Assembly: GCA_012862495.1 (NCBI GenBank)
Contig: BLSG01000155.1
Coordinates: 9,833-64,726 of the forward strand
DNA from: Thraustochytrium aureum
Taxonomy: Eukaryota
DNA: 54,894 nucleotides
Reading direction: 5' to 3'
The notes beneath the pieces are model-generated. The model was not told the origin of the DNA, ran no database searches, and worked only from the letters and a program-made list of their open reading frames with translations. Position 1 is the stretch's first letter. Each line of letters begins with the position of its first letter. Both the position numbers and the translations under genes were made by a program. Below are positions 1-11,978 of the stretch, piece by piece.

Positions 1-2635
1 CTCTGCGAGGGCGACATCGTCCTCCTCCACACCAAGAAACTGGCGAGCAAGCTGCAGCGCACCTTCGTGCACTCGGGAGGGTTTGACCACATCGGCGTTG
101 TTGTTGTGTACGACGACTGCCCGGACGATAGCTGCTGTCCGGCAGAGCTGAAAGCAGCTCGTACCGCAGCAGGCGTTCGAGCATGGCACACGCTCGAGGC
201 GGACTCGAGCGGCGTCTCGCTCTACCGCTTTACGCCGACCTGTCTTGGCGCCTACAAGGGCTCGGTGTGCATCCGTCACCTCCACGTCGACCCGGACAAG
301 TTTCCCGCGGACGAGATTCACCGCAAGCTGCACGAGTTTGTCACGGAAATGAACGGCCGCCCTTACGAAAAAAGCATGCTCCAGATGATTCGCGCCGCCA
401 ACATCTTTGGCGCGAACGAGGAGGAGGACCTCTCTTCTGTGTTTTGCAGCGAGCTCGTCGCGGCAGCGTATCTCAGGCTCGGCTTCATCGCGCCGGGTTT
501 CGCGCGCCCCAGCAACGCCTACATCCCGGGCGACTTTGCCTCCAAGAATTCCCGCTCCAAGCGAGCTGTGCGTCTCGCGCCTGGCGCCTTGCTGGCCAAA
601 GAGTGCATCGTGGATTGCAACAACATGCGCCTGCGCGCTGCCGGGGCTGACTACTCATCCGACACCACGCTTTCCGAGGACGAGGAAGAGGAGGAGGAGG
701 AGGAGGAGGAGCAAGGCGACGGGTATGAGGCTAGTGTCGCCGGCGAGGGCGCCGACGAGGACAAGGGACGCGCAATCTGACCTCGAGGAGCGCGCTTTGG
801 GGTCGGGTCTCAACGTTGGAGGGCGCAAGGGCTTGGAAACTGGAACGCGCACCGGACCACGGCTCGTGCACGCAGGGGGCTCCCTAGAATCCTTGCTAGC
901 GGAAGACGCGGGGGCCGCCAGCTCGCGGCCGCTCACGGGCCGCGGCCTCTTTCCCGCTCGCCAGNNNNNNNNNNNNNNNNNNNNNNNNNNNNNNNNNNNN
1001 NNNNNNNNNNNNNNNNNNNNNNNNNNNNNNNNNNNNNNNNNNNNNNNNNNNNNNNNNNNNNNNNNNNNNNNNNNNNNNNNNNNNNNNNNNNNNNNNNNNN
1101 NNNNNNNNNNNNNNNNNNNNNNNNNNNNNNNNNNNNNNNNNNNNNNNNNNNNNNNNNNNNNNNNNNNNNNNNNNNNNNNNNNNNNNNNNNNNNNNNNNNN
1201 NNNNNNNNNNNNNNNNNNNNNNNNNNNNNNNNNNNNNNNNNNNNNNNNNNNNNNNNNNNNNNNNNNNNNNNNNNNNNNNNNNNNNNNNNNNNNNNNNNNN
1301 NNNNNNNNNNNNNNNNNNNNNNNNNNNNNNNNNNNNNNNNNNNNNNNNNNNNNNNNNNNNNNNNNNNNNNNNNNNNNNNNNNNNNNNNNNNNNNNNNNNN
1401 NNNNNNNNNNNNNNNNNNNNNNNNNNNNNNNNNNNNNNNNNNNNNNNNNNNNNNNNNNNNNNTACAAAACGAGCGGCGTGGACGATTTCGCCAAGTTTAT
1501 GGTAATGGAGCGCCTGACTTCCAAGCGGAGCGCCTTCAAGCGCCAGAGCTCTGTGTCGGGCAATAGGAACCCGCTCGCGCTTGCCGACTTGCAGGTAAAC
1601 GCGTCCTTCATCGAGGGGATTCGCGAGCGCGAGGGGTCGATCGCGAGGGAGATCTCGGCGCGCCGCACCAAGTCTGCGAACCGCAGCGTTGCCTCAACGG
1701 CTGCCGCGGCCGTTGCCGCAGCCAATGCCGCTCGAGGACACAAGCTGCAGCCGCTCGAGGGCATTTCCGAGGGGCAAGCCGACGACGACGCCCTCGCCGT
1801 CGCGCTGTTGCTCCGTGGCGCGCCGACCTTGGCACGCCAATCGAGCAGCAGCAAGACACCCCCGCAGCGGATGGCCAGTGACGGGAGCCTAGCGAGCACT
1901 GGGAGCGCTAACGGCATTGTCTCGGTGGGCTCATTTCTTAGCCAGGGCGACGATTACGAGGACGGCGATGCCAACGAGGCAGTGGCCTCTTCCGTCGCGG
2001 AGACTTGCCTGCTCGGTCCGGACGAGCGACACATCCAGTTTGTCTTTGCCAAAGGCCCGGTCGTCCTCAACCTCAACTTTGTAGTAACAGAGGCCGACGG
2101 GCCCGGCGCCGCGGCGGGGGCGGAGGGTGTCGCAGCATCCGGCCTCGGGCCCACAGAATCAAGCAAGAATGGTGCAGCTGCGGCGGGTTCGGGCCCAACA
2201 GACAACGGTCTCGACATGACCCGGTTTGTCGAGTTTGTCCTGGTCGGGCCGATCCCGGACGGCCGGATCAACGCGCTGCGCGCGGCTAACGACGACGAAG
2301 ACCTCTTCGACGAAGAGCTCGACAGGATTGTGGAGGAGGCGCCGGAGGTGTTCGCCCGACGGCGCTGCTTGCCGCACAAGGACGTCGTCTCCAAAACGCT
2401 GTCGCTCGAGGAGCCAGGCTGGTATCAGCTGCGCTGGGTGAACCGCTCGAAGGTTGTCGTACAGACTGATCTAGGCAAAGCAGAGGCGTCGGCGCAACCG
2501 CTCGGGCCGCTCAGGGTCGCCTTTTTGTGCCACATCGACGCCAAGGCCGAGCCGGTCGCGAGGACGGCGGACTTTGGTGCGAGCACAGCGGACGACGGGC
2601 CCGCGGCAGCAGCGGGAGGACTTGCGCAGGCCTGA
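1..2635 (+). CDS. Permuted papain-like amidase (NlpC/P60, YaeF/YiiX-type) domain protein, probably continuing to a C-terminal GOLD-like domain; 5' partial
   Basis: Frame 1 from base 1 reads LCEGDIVLLH...FDHIGVVV...RPY...SSVFCSELVAAAY...YIPGDF, the His-before-Cys permuted papain signature. The stop at 778-780 is bypassed if one G in aaggg (~765) is an error (gives DKDAQSDLEER in frame 2). After gap 965-1462 the ORF runs to 2635 with TLSLEEPGWYQLRWVNRS (GOLD-like PG.Y.L.W.N..S). Linkage across the gap is inferred. Confidence 0.65.
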
Positions 2636-3081
2636 TCGCCTGGCGCTCCTTGACCTGCCTCGGGTGATCGGTTGGTCGGTCGTTGTTCGGTGCGGGTGGT
2701 GACGACAAGGAGAGACGGGACCGCTCTTTTTCTTTCTCCAGCGCCGCATCGCCAATAGCGTCGTGAGCACGAACGAGTGCAAGGTCCCGCGAACGCGGTG
2801 CGCTGCACGTCTTCTTTGCCCGCAGCTGCAACGCGAGCGGCAGCTTTTCGGGTTTGTACATCGGGGTTGGGAAGACGGGCAAAAGGTAATCTACTCCGCT
2901 TGCTGGAATTTAGTGCGGCAAAGTGCGCCGCGAGCGAGGCGACTCCGGCTTGAGGCGGCAGAGCGCAACGGCGCGCTGGCGGGACCGTGCCTGGGCCTGC
3001 ATGGCTCTTCAATGAACCTCTGCGTATATTTATATGAGTTCTAGTTGCGCATGACACCGGACCAATCGCCCCTAACTCCTT

Positions 3082-5817
3082 TCATTCCTTGCGCACCGTG
3101 GCCTTGGACACGACCTCGTTGAAGCGCTCAAAGGTGAGCTCGTTAGCCCCACTCGGGAAGAACAAGCGGAGGAACAAGTCCTTCTCGTTGCCATGCAACA
3201 CCGTAAAGTGAGACACGACCTCGAGGAACTGGTCCGGCGTGAGACAGTTTGACCTCTGGCCAATGCCAGCGTCGCGCATCTTGGAACGGAAGACGGCGCT
3301 CAGCTCTTGGCTCCGCTGCCCGATGCGTTCCACAAACGAGCGCAAAAGCACGTCAGAGGTGTCTTGCTCCTCCAGCGAGCGCTCCCTGCTCTGAATCTTG
3401 GCCAGGTAGTCGCCGACCTGGATCGCCTCGGCGACCTCGGCCGAGTGCGTGGTCTTCTGCTTGTCGAGGACCGAGCTAAAGTCGCACTCGTAGACCGTGT
3501 CGCAAAACTCGTTGTAGTTGATTGAGCCCTCCTGCTCCTTGTCGTAGAGCGACATGAGCCCCGCGAGCTCCTCGTCCGAGACGTCGATCGTGTAGTGCTT
3601 GAGCAGGCGCTTGAATTCGGAAAAAGTCAGGTTGCCGTTCTTGTCCTTGTCGAAATTGCGGAAAAGCACGCGCAGCTGGGTGTTGCTGTCGCGAAACTTG
3701 CGCAGGAGCAAGGCTTGAATCTCTTCGATCCGGCTCGTTGAATCACGCACCGGCGGCGTCCAGTGGCGGCTGAGGGCATCGCAAAACTCCTGGTACCAAA
3801 TCTCGTTCCGACCGCTGTTGAACTTTGACATAGCCAGGGCGAGGTCGCCCTCGCTGATCTCCACCCCAGCGTCCGCGAGCATGTTCTTGAACTCGTCGGC
3901 CTGGATGCTGCGCGAATTGTCGCGGTCAGCCTTCTTGAACATCTCGCGGATGTTGAGCTTGCGTTGGAGGAGCTGGTTGACAATGTACTGAAACACGCGA
4001 TCAACGGGCCCGAGTTCGCGCAGCGGAGCGGCCGGGCGCTCGAGATCGAAGAACGAAAGGGCAAAGTCGTCCGCGTTGTAGACGCGAAACTTGCGCTTGA
4101 GGATTTCGAACGTGTCCGCCCCGGGGTTCCACGGCCAGGTTGAGCTTGCCCCTCACCCAGGCCTCAACGCGCGAACGCACGTCCGCAATCGTGTAGGCCT
4201 TGCCAGTCAGCGGGTTGATGTACGAGCCACGCTCCAGGAACTTGCCGCCCGTGACGCCAGAGTTGCGCTTCTTTGGCTCGAAGAGCGCCATCGACTCGTC
4301 AGCGAGGTGGAAGCTCAAGTCGAAGGTGCGGTCAGCCTCCTCGGGGTGGTCGGTAACCAGCTCGACGCGAATGTGCATGCACTGGTCCTCGTAGAGCTTT
4401 TGCCGCTCAAAGTTCTTGCGGGGCGCTTTGGGTACGAGATTGTAGAAGGACCCGAGCGAGTCCTCCTCGCTGCCAAAGCCGTTGTACGGCGGCTCGGGCA
4501 TGCGCGGCAGCGGCTTCTTCTCCTCTTTGATCTCCACCGTACACTGCTCGACGCCGCGCTTCGCGTAAAAGTCGCGCGTGAAGGGGTCGCAGTCCAGGAG
4601 CAGGAGGTCGCGCCCGTTGATGGTGACAGACGAGCCGCACAAAAAGTCCTCGGGCCCCAGCGGGGACCCGTCCGCCTTGTGCACGGATGCGCGAGAGAGA
4701 AACTTGGGGAACGGCTCGCGCCCGCAGTTGGCCTTGTACATCTCCTTGATCTGCACCGTCTCGTCGCTCAGGAAGAAGTGCACTTTGAAAAAGCGCTTGT
4801 CGCCGTACAGGCTGTTGGAGTCGTCCCACATGGCGTCGAAGAGGAGTGACTTTTGCCCATAGTCGAGAAACTTGCGCAGCGTGTCTTTGGGCTTGGACAG
4901 CGCCGTCAGGGCGGCGATCGTGGCTCGCGCCTGTGCGCTCAACACCGCTTGGTGCTGTTCGCGGCGCGCGAGGGAGTCTTCGGGGTACGGCTCGGCGGGT
5001 GCGAGCTGGATGCCGAGCTCCTCGGCGAAGAAGCGGCGCGTTTTGGTGTCTGCGTCGACGATCTTGAAGATTCGGCCGAACAGCGGGATCTCGCAGCCGA
5101 CCACGAGATCGGTGAGCTCGAGGCTGGGCTTGCCTCCAACCCGATCAGCGAAGAGATTGGGACTTTCCTCAGGAAGCTCCCTTGGTTGAGACCGCTGTTG
5201 ACCTCCCGCGGCTCGCTGACCTGGATCGTGTCGTCGGAGCGGTAGTACAGCAGGACCACCTTGCGCACGCGGAATTGCTCGAGTGGCGACTCGGATACGG
5301 CTTCCTGGAAGAACATGTAGAAGCGCAGCGTCTCGCGGTCGAACCGGAGCCACTTTGTGCGCTGTTGGTTTGCAGCGCGCGGGCCGGCGCCGCGCCGCGG
5401 CGTGTGAGGGGAGCTCGGCTTGCGCGCTGCGATCGCTCCGAAGTTGCTGCTGTTGTTGTTGTTGTTGTTGCTGTTGTTGCTGCTGTTGCTGCTGCTGGAC
5501 AAGTTTGACCGGGCAGTTTCCGGGCGCGCCGAGTACGGACCAAAACTATGGGAAACCNNNNNNNNNNNNNNNNNNNNNNNNNNNNNNNNNNNNNNNNNNN
5601 NNNNNNNNNNNNNNNNNNNNNNNNNNNNNNNNNNNNNNNNNNNNNNNNNNNNNNNNNNNNNNNNNNNNNNNNNNNNNNNNNNNNNNNNNNNNNNNNNNNN
5701 NNNNNNNNNNNNNNGGAGCATCGAGACATCGCGGTGCGATTTGAACCCGGGGATCAGGGGGATCGACCCAAGCTGGAGCTTGGGCACCTTGCCTGCGGTC
5801 TCCTTCTGTTGCGCCAT
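3082..5817 (-). CDS. EFHC1: EFHC1/EFHC2 (Rib72) family axonemal protein: three DM10 domains plus a C-terminal multi-EF-hand region
   Basis: N-terminal IPLIPG. DM10 repeats WLRFDRETLRF..YYRSDDTIQVSEP..NSGLNQGSFL, FFLSDETVQIKE..GREPFPKFLSR and FHLADESMALFEP..NSGVTGGKFLER. Family motif PPYNGFGSEEDSLG. EF loops DRDNSRSIQADE, DKDKNGNLTFSE, DKEQEGSINYNE. Frameshift ~5140, gap 5558-5714, and an unresolved intron or frameshift at ~4120-4180 (GTGCGT donor at 4180). EFHC1 versus EFHC2 not resolved. Confidence 0.9.
5446..5496 (-). repeat. Imperfect (AAC/AGC)n trinucleotide microsatellite encoding a poly-Asn/Ser tract in EFHC
   Basis: tgctgctgttgttgttgttg... on +; translates SSSSNSSNNSNNNNNNSSN in the EFHC frame. 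Confidence 0.85.
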
Positions 5818-6548
5818 CCTGCGCTCAAGCACGGCCCTGGCTGTCCCCTGCCCGTGAAAGCCACCGTCGACCGTGAACACCAGCAAACCCGTAAGACTCA
5901 ATCTGGCTCCTCCCGTCGCGAGGTCCAGCACGTCTGCACCAACCTCTGCTCGACGTCGTCCACCGGCGCGTGCTGCCGTGGCGAATTGGCCGTCTGCGCG
6001 TCAATTTTTTCTGGACGTGGACTCACGTCGATGTGGACGATGTGTTGAGCGCCACGAGCGAGTTTTCCCACTAGGCTCAGCATCCTCATCAGCATCCATC
6101 CATCCACGCAATGCCACTGCCAACCCAAGGGCGATCGCATCATCAACGAGCCGCTGGCAACGGATGCACTGCCCCGTCAACCGCCATCCACCGCCTCGCC
6201 GCCCGGTCGCCGCCACGGTGCCGTTCACGTCACAGGAACCCCCACCACGACGTGCCAACCCCGCGTCCACCGGCGCCCAACGGACACCTCCAAACGGATC
6301 TCCGTTTGCCTCATCAGCGAAACGACCGCACACCCTGTTTAAAGCCCACGCGCGCGTCTCTTTGCCATCGGCAATGTATTCCTCGCGAAGAGGTTAACGT
6401 TTCTATCTTTAGCAGTTCTCAAACAAGACACAGCGTAGATAGATCAACGTTACATGTAACGTGGCGCCGTGTCGGGTGCTGCCGAAGTGATCGGACTGAG
6501 TTGTTGTGCAGCGGGGACGTCCAGGCCACTTTTTTCGGACGCAGGCCG

Positions 6549-7136
6549 ATGGCTTCGAGCGTGTTTCGCGGCGGGCTGCTGCTCGGGAAGAGCGCGCTGG
6601 TGACTGGCGGCGGCAGTGGCATTGGCAAGAGCATCGCCAGGGAGCTGCTCGGGCTCGGCTGCAACGTGGTGATTGCGAGCAGGAAGGTGGCCAAGCTCGA
6701 AGCCGCGGTCGAGGAGCTCCAGGCGGCGGCTGAGGCCGGCCGCGGCAAGGTGGCGCTGTTCCGATGCGATATCAGGAAGGAGGAGGAGGTCGAGGCGATG
6801 GTCAAGTTTGTGGTTGACACGTTCGGGAGCCTCGACTTTGTGGTGAATAACGCTGGCGGACAGTTTCCGAGCCCAGCGGGCTCGATCACGGCCAGAGGCT
6901 GGCGCACGGTTGTGGACCTCAACTTGAACGGGACCTTCCTTGTGTGCCGCAGCGCCTTTGACCATTGGATGTTTGAGCACGGCGGTTCGATCGTCAACGT
7001 GATCGCGACGTACCACAACGGGTTTCCGATGATGGCCCACACCGGCGCGGCCCGCGCCGGTGTGGCCAACCTGACACAGACGCTCGCCACGGAGTGGGCG
7101 TCTTGCGGGATCGTGTCAACGCCGTCGCCCCAGGCA
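6549..7136 (+). CDS. PECR: Peroxisomal trans-2-enoyl-CoA reductase-like short-chain dehydrogenase; 3' end lost in gap
   Basis: MASSVFRGGLLLGKSALVTGGGSGIG (TGxxxGIG), VNNAGGQFPSPA, GFPMMAHTGAARAGVANLTQTLATEWA. After a 1-nt frameshift at ~7112 it reads RVNAVAPG. Confidence 0.85.
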
Positions 7137-7852
7137 NNNNNNNNNNNNNNNNNNNNNNNNNNNNNNNNNNNNNNNNNNNNNNNNNNNNNNNNNNNNNNNN
7201 NNNNNNNNNNNNNNNNNNNNNNNNNNNNNNNNNNNNNNNNNNNNNNNNNNNNNNNNNNNNNNNNNNNNNNNNNNNNNNNNNNNNNNNNNNNNNNNNNNNN
7301 NNNNNNNNNNNNNNNNNNNNNNNNNNNNNNNNNNNNNNNNNNNNNNNNNNNNNNNNNNNNNNNNNNNNNNNNNNNNNNNNNNNNNNNNNNNNNNNNNNNN
7401 NNNNNNNNNNNNNNNNNNNNNNNNNNNNNNNNNNNNNNNNNNNNNNNNNNNNNNNNNNNNNNNNNNNNNNNNNNNNNNNNNNNNNNNNNNNNNNNNNNNN
7501 NNNNNNNNNNNNNNNNNNNNNNNNNNNNNNNNNNNNNNNNNNNNNNNNNNNNNNNNNNNNNNNNNNNNNNNNNNNNNNNNNNNNNNNNNNNNNNNNNNNN
7601 NNNNNNNNNNNNNNNNNNNNNNNNNNNNNNNNNNNNNNNNNNNNNNNNNNNNNNNNNNNNNNNNNNNNNNNNNNNNNNNNNNNNNNNNNNNNNNNNNNNN
7701 NNNNNNNNNNNNNNNNNNNNNNNNNNNNNNNNNNNNNNNNNNNNNNNNNNNNNNNNNNNNNNNNNNNNNNNNNNNNNNNNNNNNNNNNNNNNNNNNNNNN
7801 NNNNNNNNNNNNNNNNNNNNNNNNNNNNNNNNNNNNNNNNNNNNNNNNNNNN

Positions 7853-9564
7853 GAAGCACCAGCCCTACCCAGCGAAACACCCGCATACGAGCTGCAAACC
7901 ACGCCAGTGCCCATGTCGCGCTCGACGAGGGTGTCGTCAAGCGTATTGGTGATGAGGACATCCTGCGATGGGCTGAGCGCCATGGACGTGACCCGCTTTG
8001 TCGAGGCAAAGGCGAGGCCGCAGGCGCCGGCCCGTCGCGGGCGAACGCGGAACGCGAGCCGGGTCGACCCTTCAGTGGCCAACTGTTCGACAAGCGAGAA
8101 CAGCTTCAGGTTGGTGTCTCCAGCGCACGACGCAACGATGAGCCCGCGTCGAGGCGAGAAGCACATGCAGTAGACCGCAGCCCCGGCCCACCTGGCCAGC
8201 TCTTCGCCGCTACTGCTGTGCACGCGGATCGTTTGGTCGAGGCTTCCGGTCAGGATCGCGTCTGCGCTATGGCCCACCCAGGTCGCCGAGGTGACGCGCG
8301 CCGCGTCGTGCGCCCCAAAAGTTGGCCCTCTCCACTAGCGAGAAATCACCGCCACTTGGGCCGTTTTGCACGCGATGGCCTCCAAGACCACGACGCGGCC
8401 GGAGCTCGTCCCGCACAGTAAGCGCCGACTGTCAGGCGACCATGCAAGGGCGCTCACGTACGCCTGTGGGAGCCAGCCTTTCGATGCGCTCTGGCCGTCC
8501 TCGGCGCGCTCCGAGTCGCCTTCGCCGCCGCTGGCGTCGCTTGCAGAACTCTGCGCGGCCCCGTCGCTCTCGGCAACGTGCGACGCTAGCTTGACGAGGC
8601 GCGGGGGGCCTTGGCCCCCGGGGCCGTCCAGCTTCACCTGGTACACGTACACAACGGCGGCGGCGCTCGCGGCAAGCAAGGAGCCGTCGGGCGAGAACTG
8701 TACAAAAAGAAAGTCGGCCTCGTCGTCCGCGAGCGCGCGGTGGACCTCTCGCCGGGGCAGGCGCGCGGGCCGGCGCGCCAAGTCGCTGATTAGAGGGACT
8801 GTTTGCCCACCGGCGCCGGCGGCGCCTAGCCCGTTGAACAGGCAGTGGCGCGCCTGCTCGTTCACGGCGAGCTCGAGCAGGCCAAGGAGCCGCTGGTCAG
8901 GCAAGACCAGCTCGTCCGGGAGCGCTTTGCGGAGGCGCGCCGCAAGCGCCATGCGGTCGCTCTTTTGACAGCCAGCTCTGCCCAGCCGCTCTCGGAGCTC
9001 GGCGGGCTTCAAAACGGCCAGCGCAGCGAGCAAGGTCGCCTGCCGCTTGGAGCAGAGCGGTGTCGCCTCCTCTTGCAAATATTTCAGGGCGCTGTCGAGC
9101 TGGTCGCCCTCTAGCATCTCCACATAGGCCTCCTCAGCAAGGAGTAGCTGGCACACTCTCGCGCGCCCCTCGAGCTCAGGCGCTGGCATCCCGCCGCACG
9201 CCTCCAGGCACTCTCGCGCCGCTCGCGCACCGGCATCCCACTCGCCCTTAAGCGCGAGCTCGACCAGGCGCCCAACGTGCGGGTGCTCCGCCGCCACTTG
9301 CGCCTCAGCCTCGAGCGCGCGCGCGGTTTGTGCGAACCCGAGATCCCCGAGCGACTGGATCAGCATGCGCGCGAGCTCGACCTTGCGAAACACAAGCCCC
9401 GCGTGAGGCGATTCAACGAGGTCTTCTTGCCGCCCGTGAGAGGTGCTCTTCGGTGCAGGAGCTGGCGGTGCGTGGCCGTTTTGCAGGGAGCTCGCGCCGT
9501 TTTCGGGCCGCTTGGACAGGGTCCTGTCATCGTCGCAAGACTTGGCGTGCTTGCGGGCAATCAT
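7853..9564 (-). CDS. WDR26: WDR26/GID7-like CTLH-complex subunit (LisH-CTLH plus WD40 repeats); 3' end in gap, start uncertain
   Basis: LisH ELARMLIQSLGDLGFAQTARALEAE; CTLH LALKGEWD; ALKYLQEEATPL; LPDQRLLGLLELAV..Q..HCLFN; WD repeats VQFSPDGSLLAASA, LAWSPDSRRLLCG, ILTGSLDQTIRV. There is an apparent in-frame TAG at 8335-8337 (see findings). The N-terminus may extend upstream of 9564. Confidence 0.85.
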
Positions 9565-10749
9565 AGCTCCGCGTTCTCTTCTCCGCTTGTGCGATCCGCT
9601 GCCGACGCCGCGAGCAGAGGCGTCGAGTCGGCCCGTTGGTCCGTCCCCGCGACCGACTATTCTCCGCCGCAGCCCTGACGCCAACCAGCACTGCCGTCGC
9701 GCCCTCCGCACTCACTTGCTGCGCGGGCGACGCCTGCCTCGGGCCAGCGTTCGCCGGCTCGGCGCTGCCGCTGACAGCTGCGGCCGGCACCAAGGCGGCG
9801 GGCCGCGCCCCCCGTCGCTGCCCTATCTTGCTAACNNNNNNNNNNNNNNNNNNNNNNNNNNNNNNNNNNNNNNNNNNNNNNNNNNNNNNNNNNNNNNNNN
9901 NNNNNNNNNNNNNNNNNNNNNNNNNNNNNNNNNNNNNNNNNNNNNNNNNNNNNNNNNNNNNNNNNNNNNNNNNNNNNNNNNNNNNNNNNNNNNNNNNNNN
10001 NNNNNNNNNNNNNNNNNNNNNNNNNNNNNNNNNNNNNNNNNNNNNNNNNNNNNNNNNNNNNNNNNNNNNNNNNNNNNNNNNNNNNNNNNNNNNNNNNNNN
10101 NNNNNNNNNNNNNNNNNNNNNNNNNNNNNNNNNNNNNNNNNNNNNNNNNNNNNNNNNNNNNNNNNNNNNNNNNNNNNNNNNNNNNNNNNNNNNNNNNNNN
10201 NNNNNNNNNNNNNNNNNNNNNNNNNNNNNNNNNNNNNNNNNNNNNNNNNGCTCGCGTCTCCCGCTCCTCCTGCTGCTGCTCCTCCTCCTGCAGCTGCCGC
10301 TCTGCAGCGTTGGGGGTCTGCTGCTGCCGCTGCGCTGCTGCGTTGGGGATCTGCTTAGAGCTCGGAGCGACCCATCGCTACACACCATTTCCGGTATTCT
10401 ATTACCTTTCAATATGCTGTGCCTACGGCGTGGAAACGGTGGCAAGGTGGTAGAGGATCAGGGGCATCACGCGCATCGCGGGCGCGCCGTGATGCGGGCC
10501 TAGTCCTTGCAAACGTGGACGCTGCGCAGGCCCTCATGTGCTGCGGAGCAGGCCGCGGGCCTGTGCAGATGGTGGAAGCGATGCCGCCGTGCGTGCGGGC
10601 CGAGCCGAGGATATTGGGCGGCGTGCCGACGCTTGCCGCCTAGGTCGGCAACTGGCGGACCTCGGACCTCGACGGGCGGCGGAGAACACCTGCATGCCTG
10701 CGTGCGTGCCTCCGTGCCTGCGTGCGTGCGTGCGCTGGCGCGGGACCGG

Positions 10750-11563
10750 CTAGAATTGCCCCGCAAAGTGGGCGCGCACTGACTTGAGAAAGGCCTCGCG
10801 GTTGGCCGGGGTCTGCGCGTCCATGTTGTACAGGCCCAGCCACGACACGGTGCACGTCGGCGCAAAGAGCGGCAGCAAGCCCCGCGTTATCATCGTACGG
10901 CCGTTGTCCCCCGCGAGAAATACGATGTGGCGCGGGGCCCCGTACGTGGAGACGCAAGCGATCTTTTTTATGTTGGTGAGCTCCGGCACAAGCCCTGTAG
11001 CAGACGCGGGCGGGGCATCGGGCTCGAGGTGCGGCAACCGGAACGCCGTCCCTGGGAGGAAGGTGCGGTCAACGAACCCCTTGAGCACAGCGGGGACGTT
11101 GAACCTGCGCGAGGACCGACCGTGAGCCGCCGCCATTCTGCCCGCGGAAACGCTGCAAGCCAGCCAGCGCCGGCCACGGCGAAGCAAGAGCTCGACCTCT
11201 CACTTACCACCAAGTTGGGTACACCATGACGAGCGCGTCCGCCTCGCGCAGCTTGCCGACCAGCGCCTCGGTGTCCTGGGAGGGCTTGGGGTAGATGGTC
11301 TTGTAGTCTTCGCGCTCGCGCTGCGTCAAGCAGGGCTGAAACGCCGTCCCGCGGCCATCCACATCGTACAGCGCCACTCGGTCGACGACGTGCCCAGCAT
11401 CCTCGAGCCCCTGCTGCGTCGCGTCCGCGAGGGCCTCCGAGAAGGAGCCCTTGAGAGGGTGCGCATGCACCAACATCACCCTCAGCCTCGCCTGAGCGTC
11501 CTTGCCGGGGCCAGGCACATAGCCCTTGGTCAGCCTGTTCACCTGCGCCCAAACCCACTCCAT
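10750..11563 (-). CDS. Flavodoxin-fold NAD(P)H dehydrogenase (quinone), Flavodoxin_2 family; two exons (11563-11208, 11104-10750)
   Basis: VHAHPLKGSFS (FMN phosphate loop) and ADALVMVYPTWW|FNVPAVLKGFVDR. GT-AG intron 11105-11207 (GTAAGT donor, CTCAC branch-like motif, GCAG acceptor) joins the two ORFs in frame. Confidence 0.9.
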
Positions 11564-11900
11564 CGCGCCGCCCGCGCGACCCTCCGCAGCTCGGACTCTG
11601 CGCGCGCAAAGCGTCCGTCAGGGACCTGCCGGGGAGGGATCAGGACACGAGCGACAGGCGCCCAACTGCTGCAGCTACAACACACATATCGACCAGGACA
11701 CCGCCAGACTCGCTCGCTCACTCGCGCGGCCAGGCACTGCTGGGGCGCAGCGGTGGCGATAGCGCTGGCTCGTCGCGCGTCCTGGCTGGCGTCGTCGGTC
11801 GGGCGGTCGGTTGGTTTGTTGGTTGGTCGGGTTGGTCGGATTGGGGATTTTTGCACGGGTTGAGCGCCGAGTTGTGCACGGACGACAACGACGCGCGCGC

Positions 11901-11920
11901 GCTAGCTAGAGAGAGAGAGA
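11901..11920 (+). promoter_or_regulatory. Candidate upstream element CTAGCTAG(AG)n
   Basis: gctagctagagagagagaga 78 nt before the ssSPT ATG; similar motifs at 30466, 33441, 33658, 52530 and 53753-53774. Function is inferred only. Confidence 0.35.
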
Positions 11921-11978
11921 GGCCGGGACAGCGCGGCTGTGAGCAGGCGGGCACGGCCCGGCGCCGCTGGTTGGCGAG

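Noticed and set aside
5365..5426. GC-AG intron in EFHC (GCAAG...CAACAG)
   Set aside because: The frame is open through it and removing 62 nt would break the frame; the alternative upstream poly-Gln frame has a stop.
778..8337. Stop-codon reassignment (TGA at 778, TAG at 8335)
   Set aside because: TGA, TAG and TAA all terminate well-defined genes in this window (e.g. RPT6 TAG, RNase Z TGA, paralog 3 TAA), and both internal stops are explained by indels.
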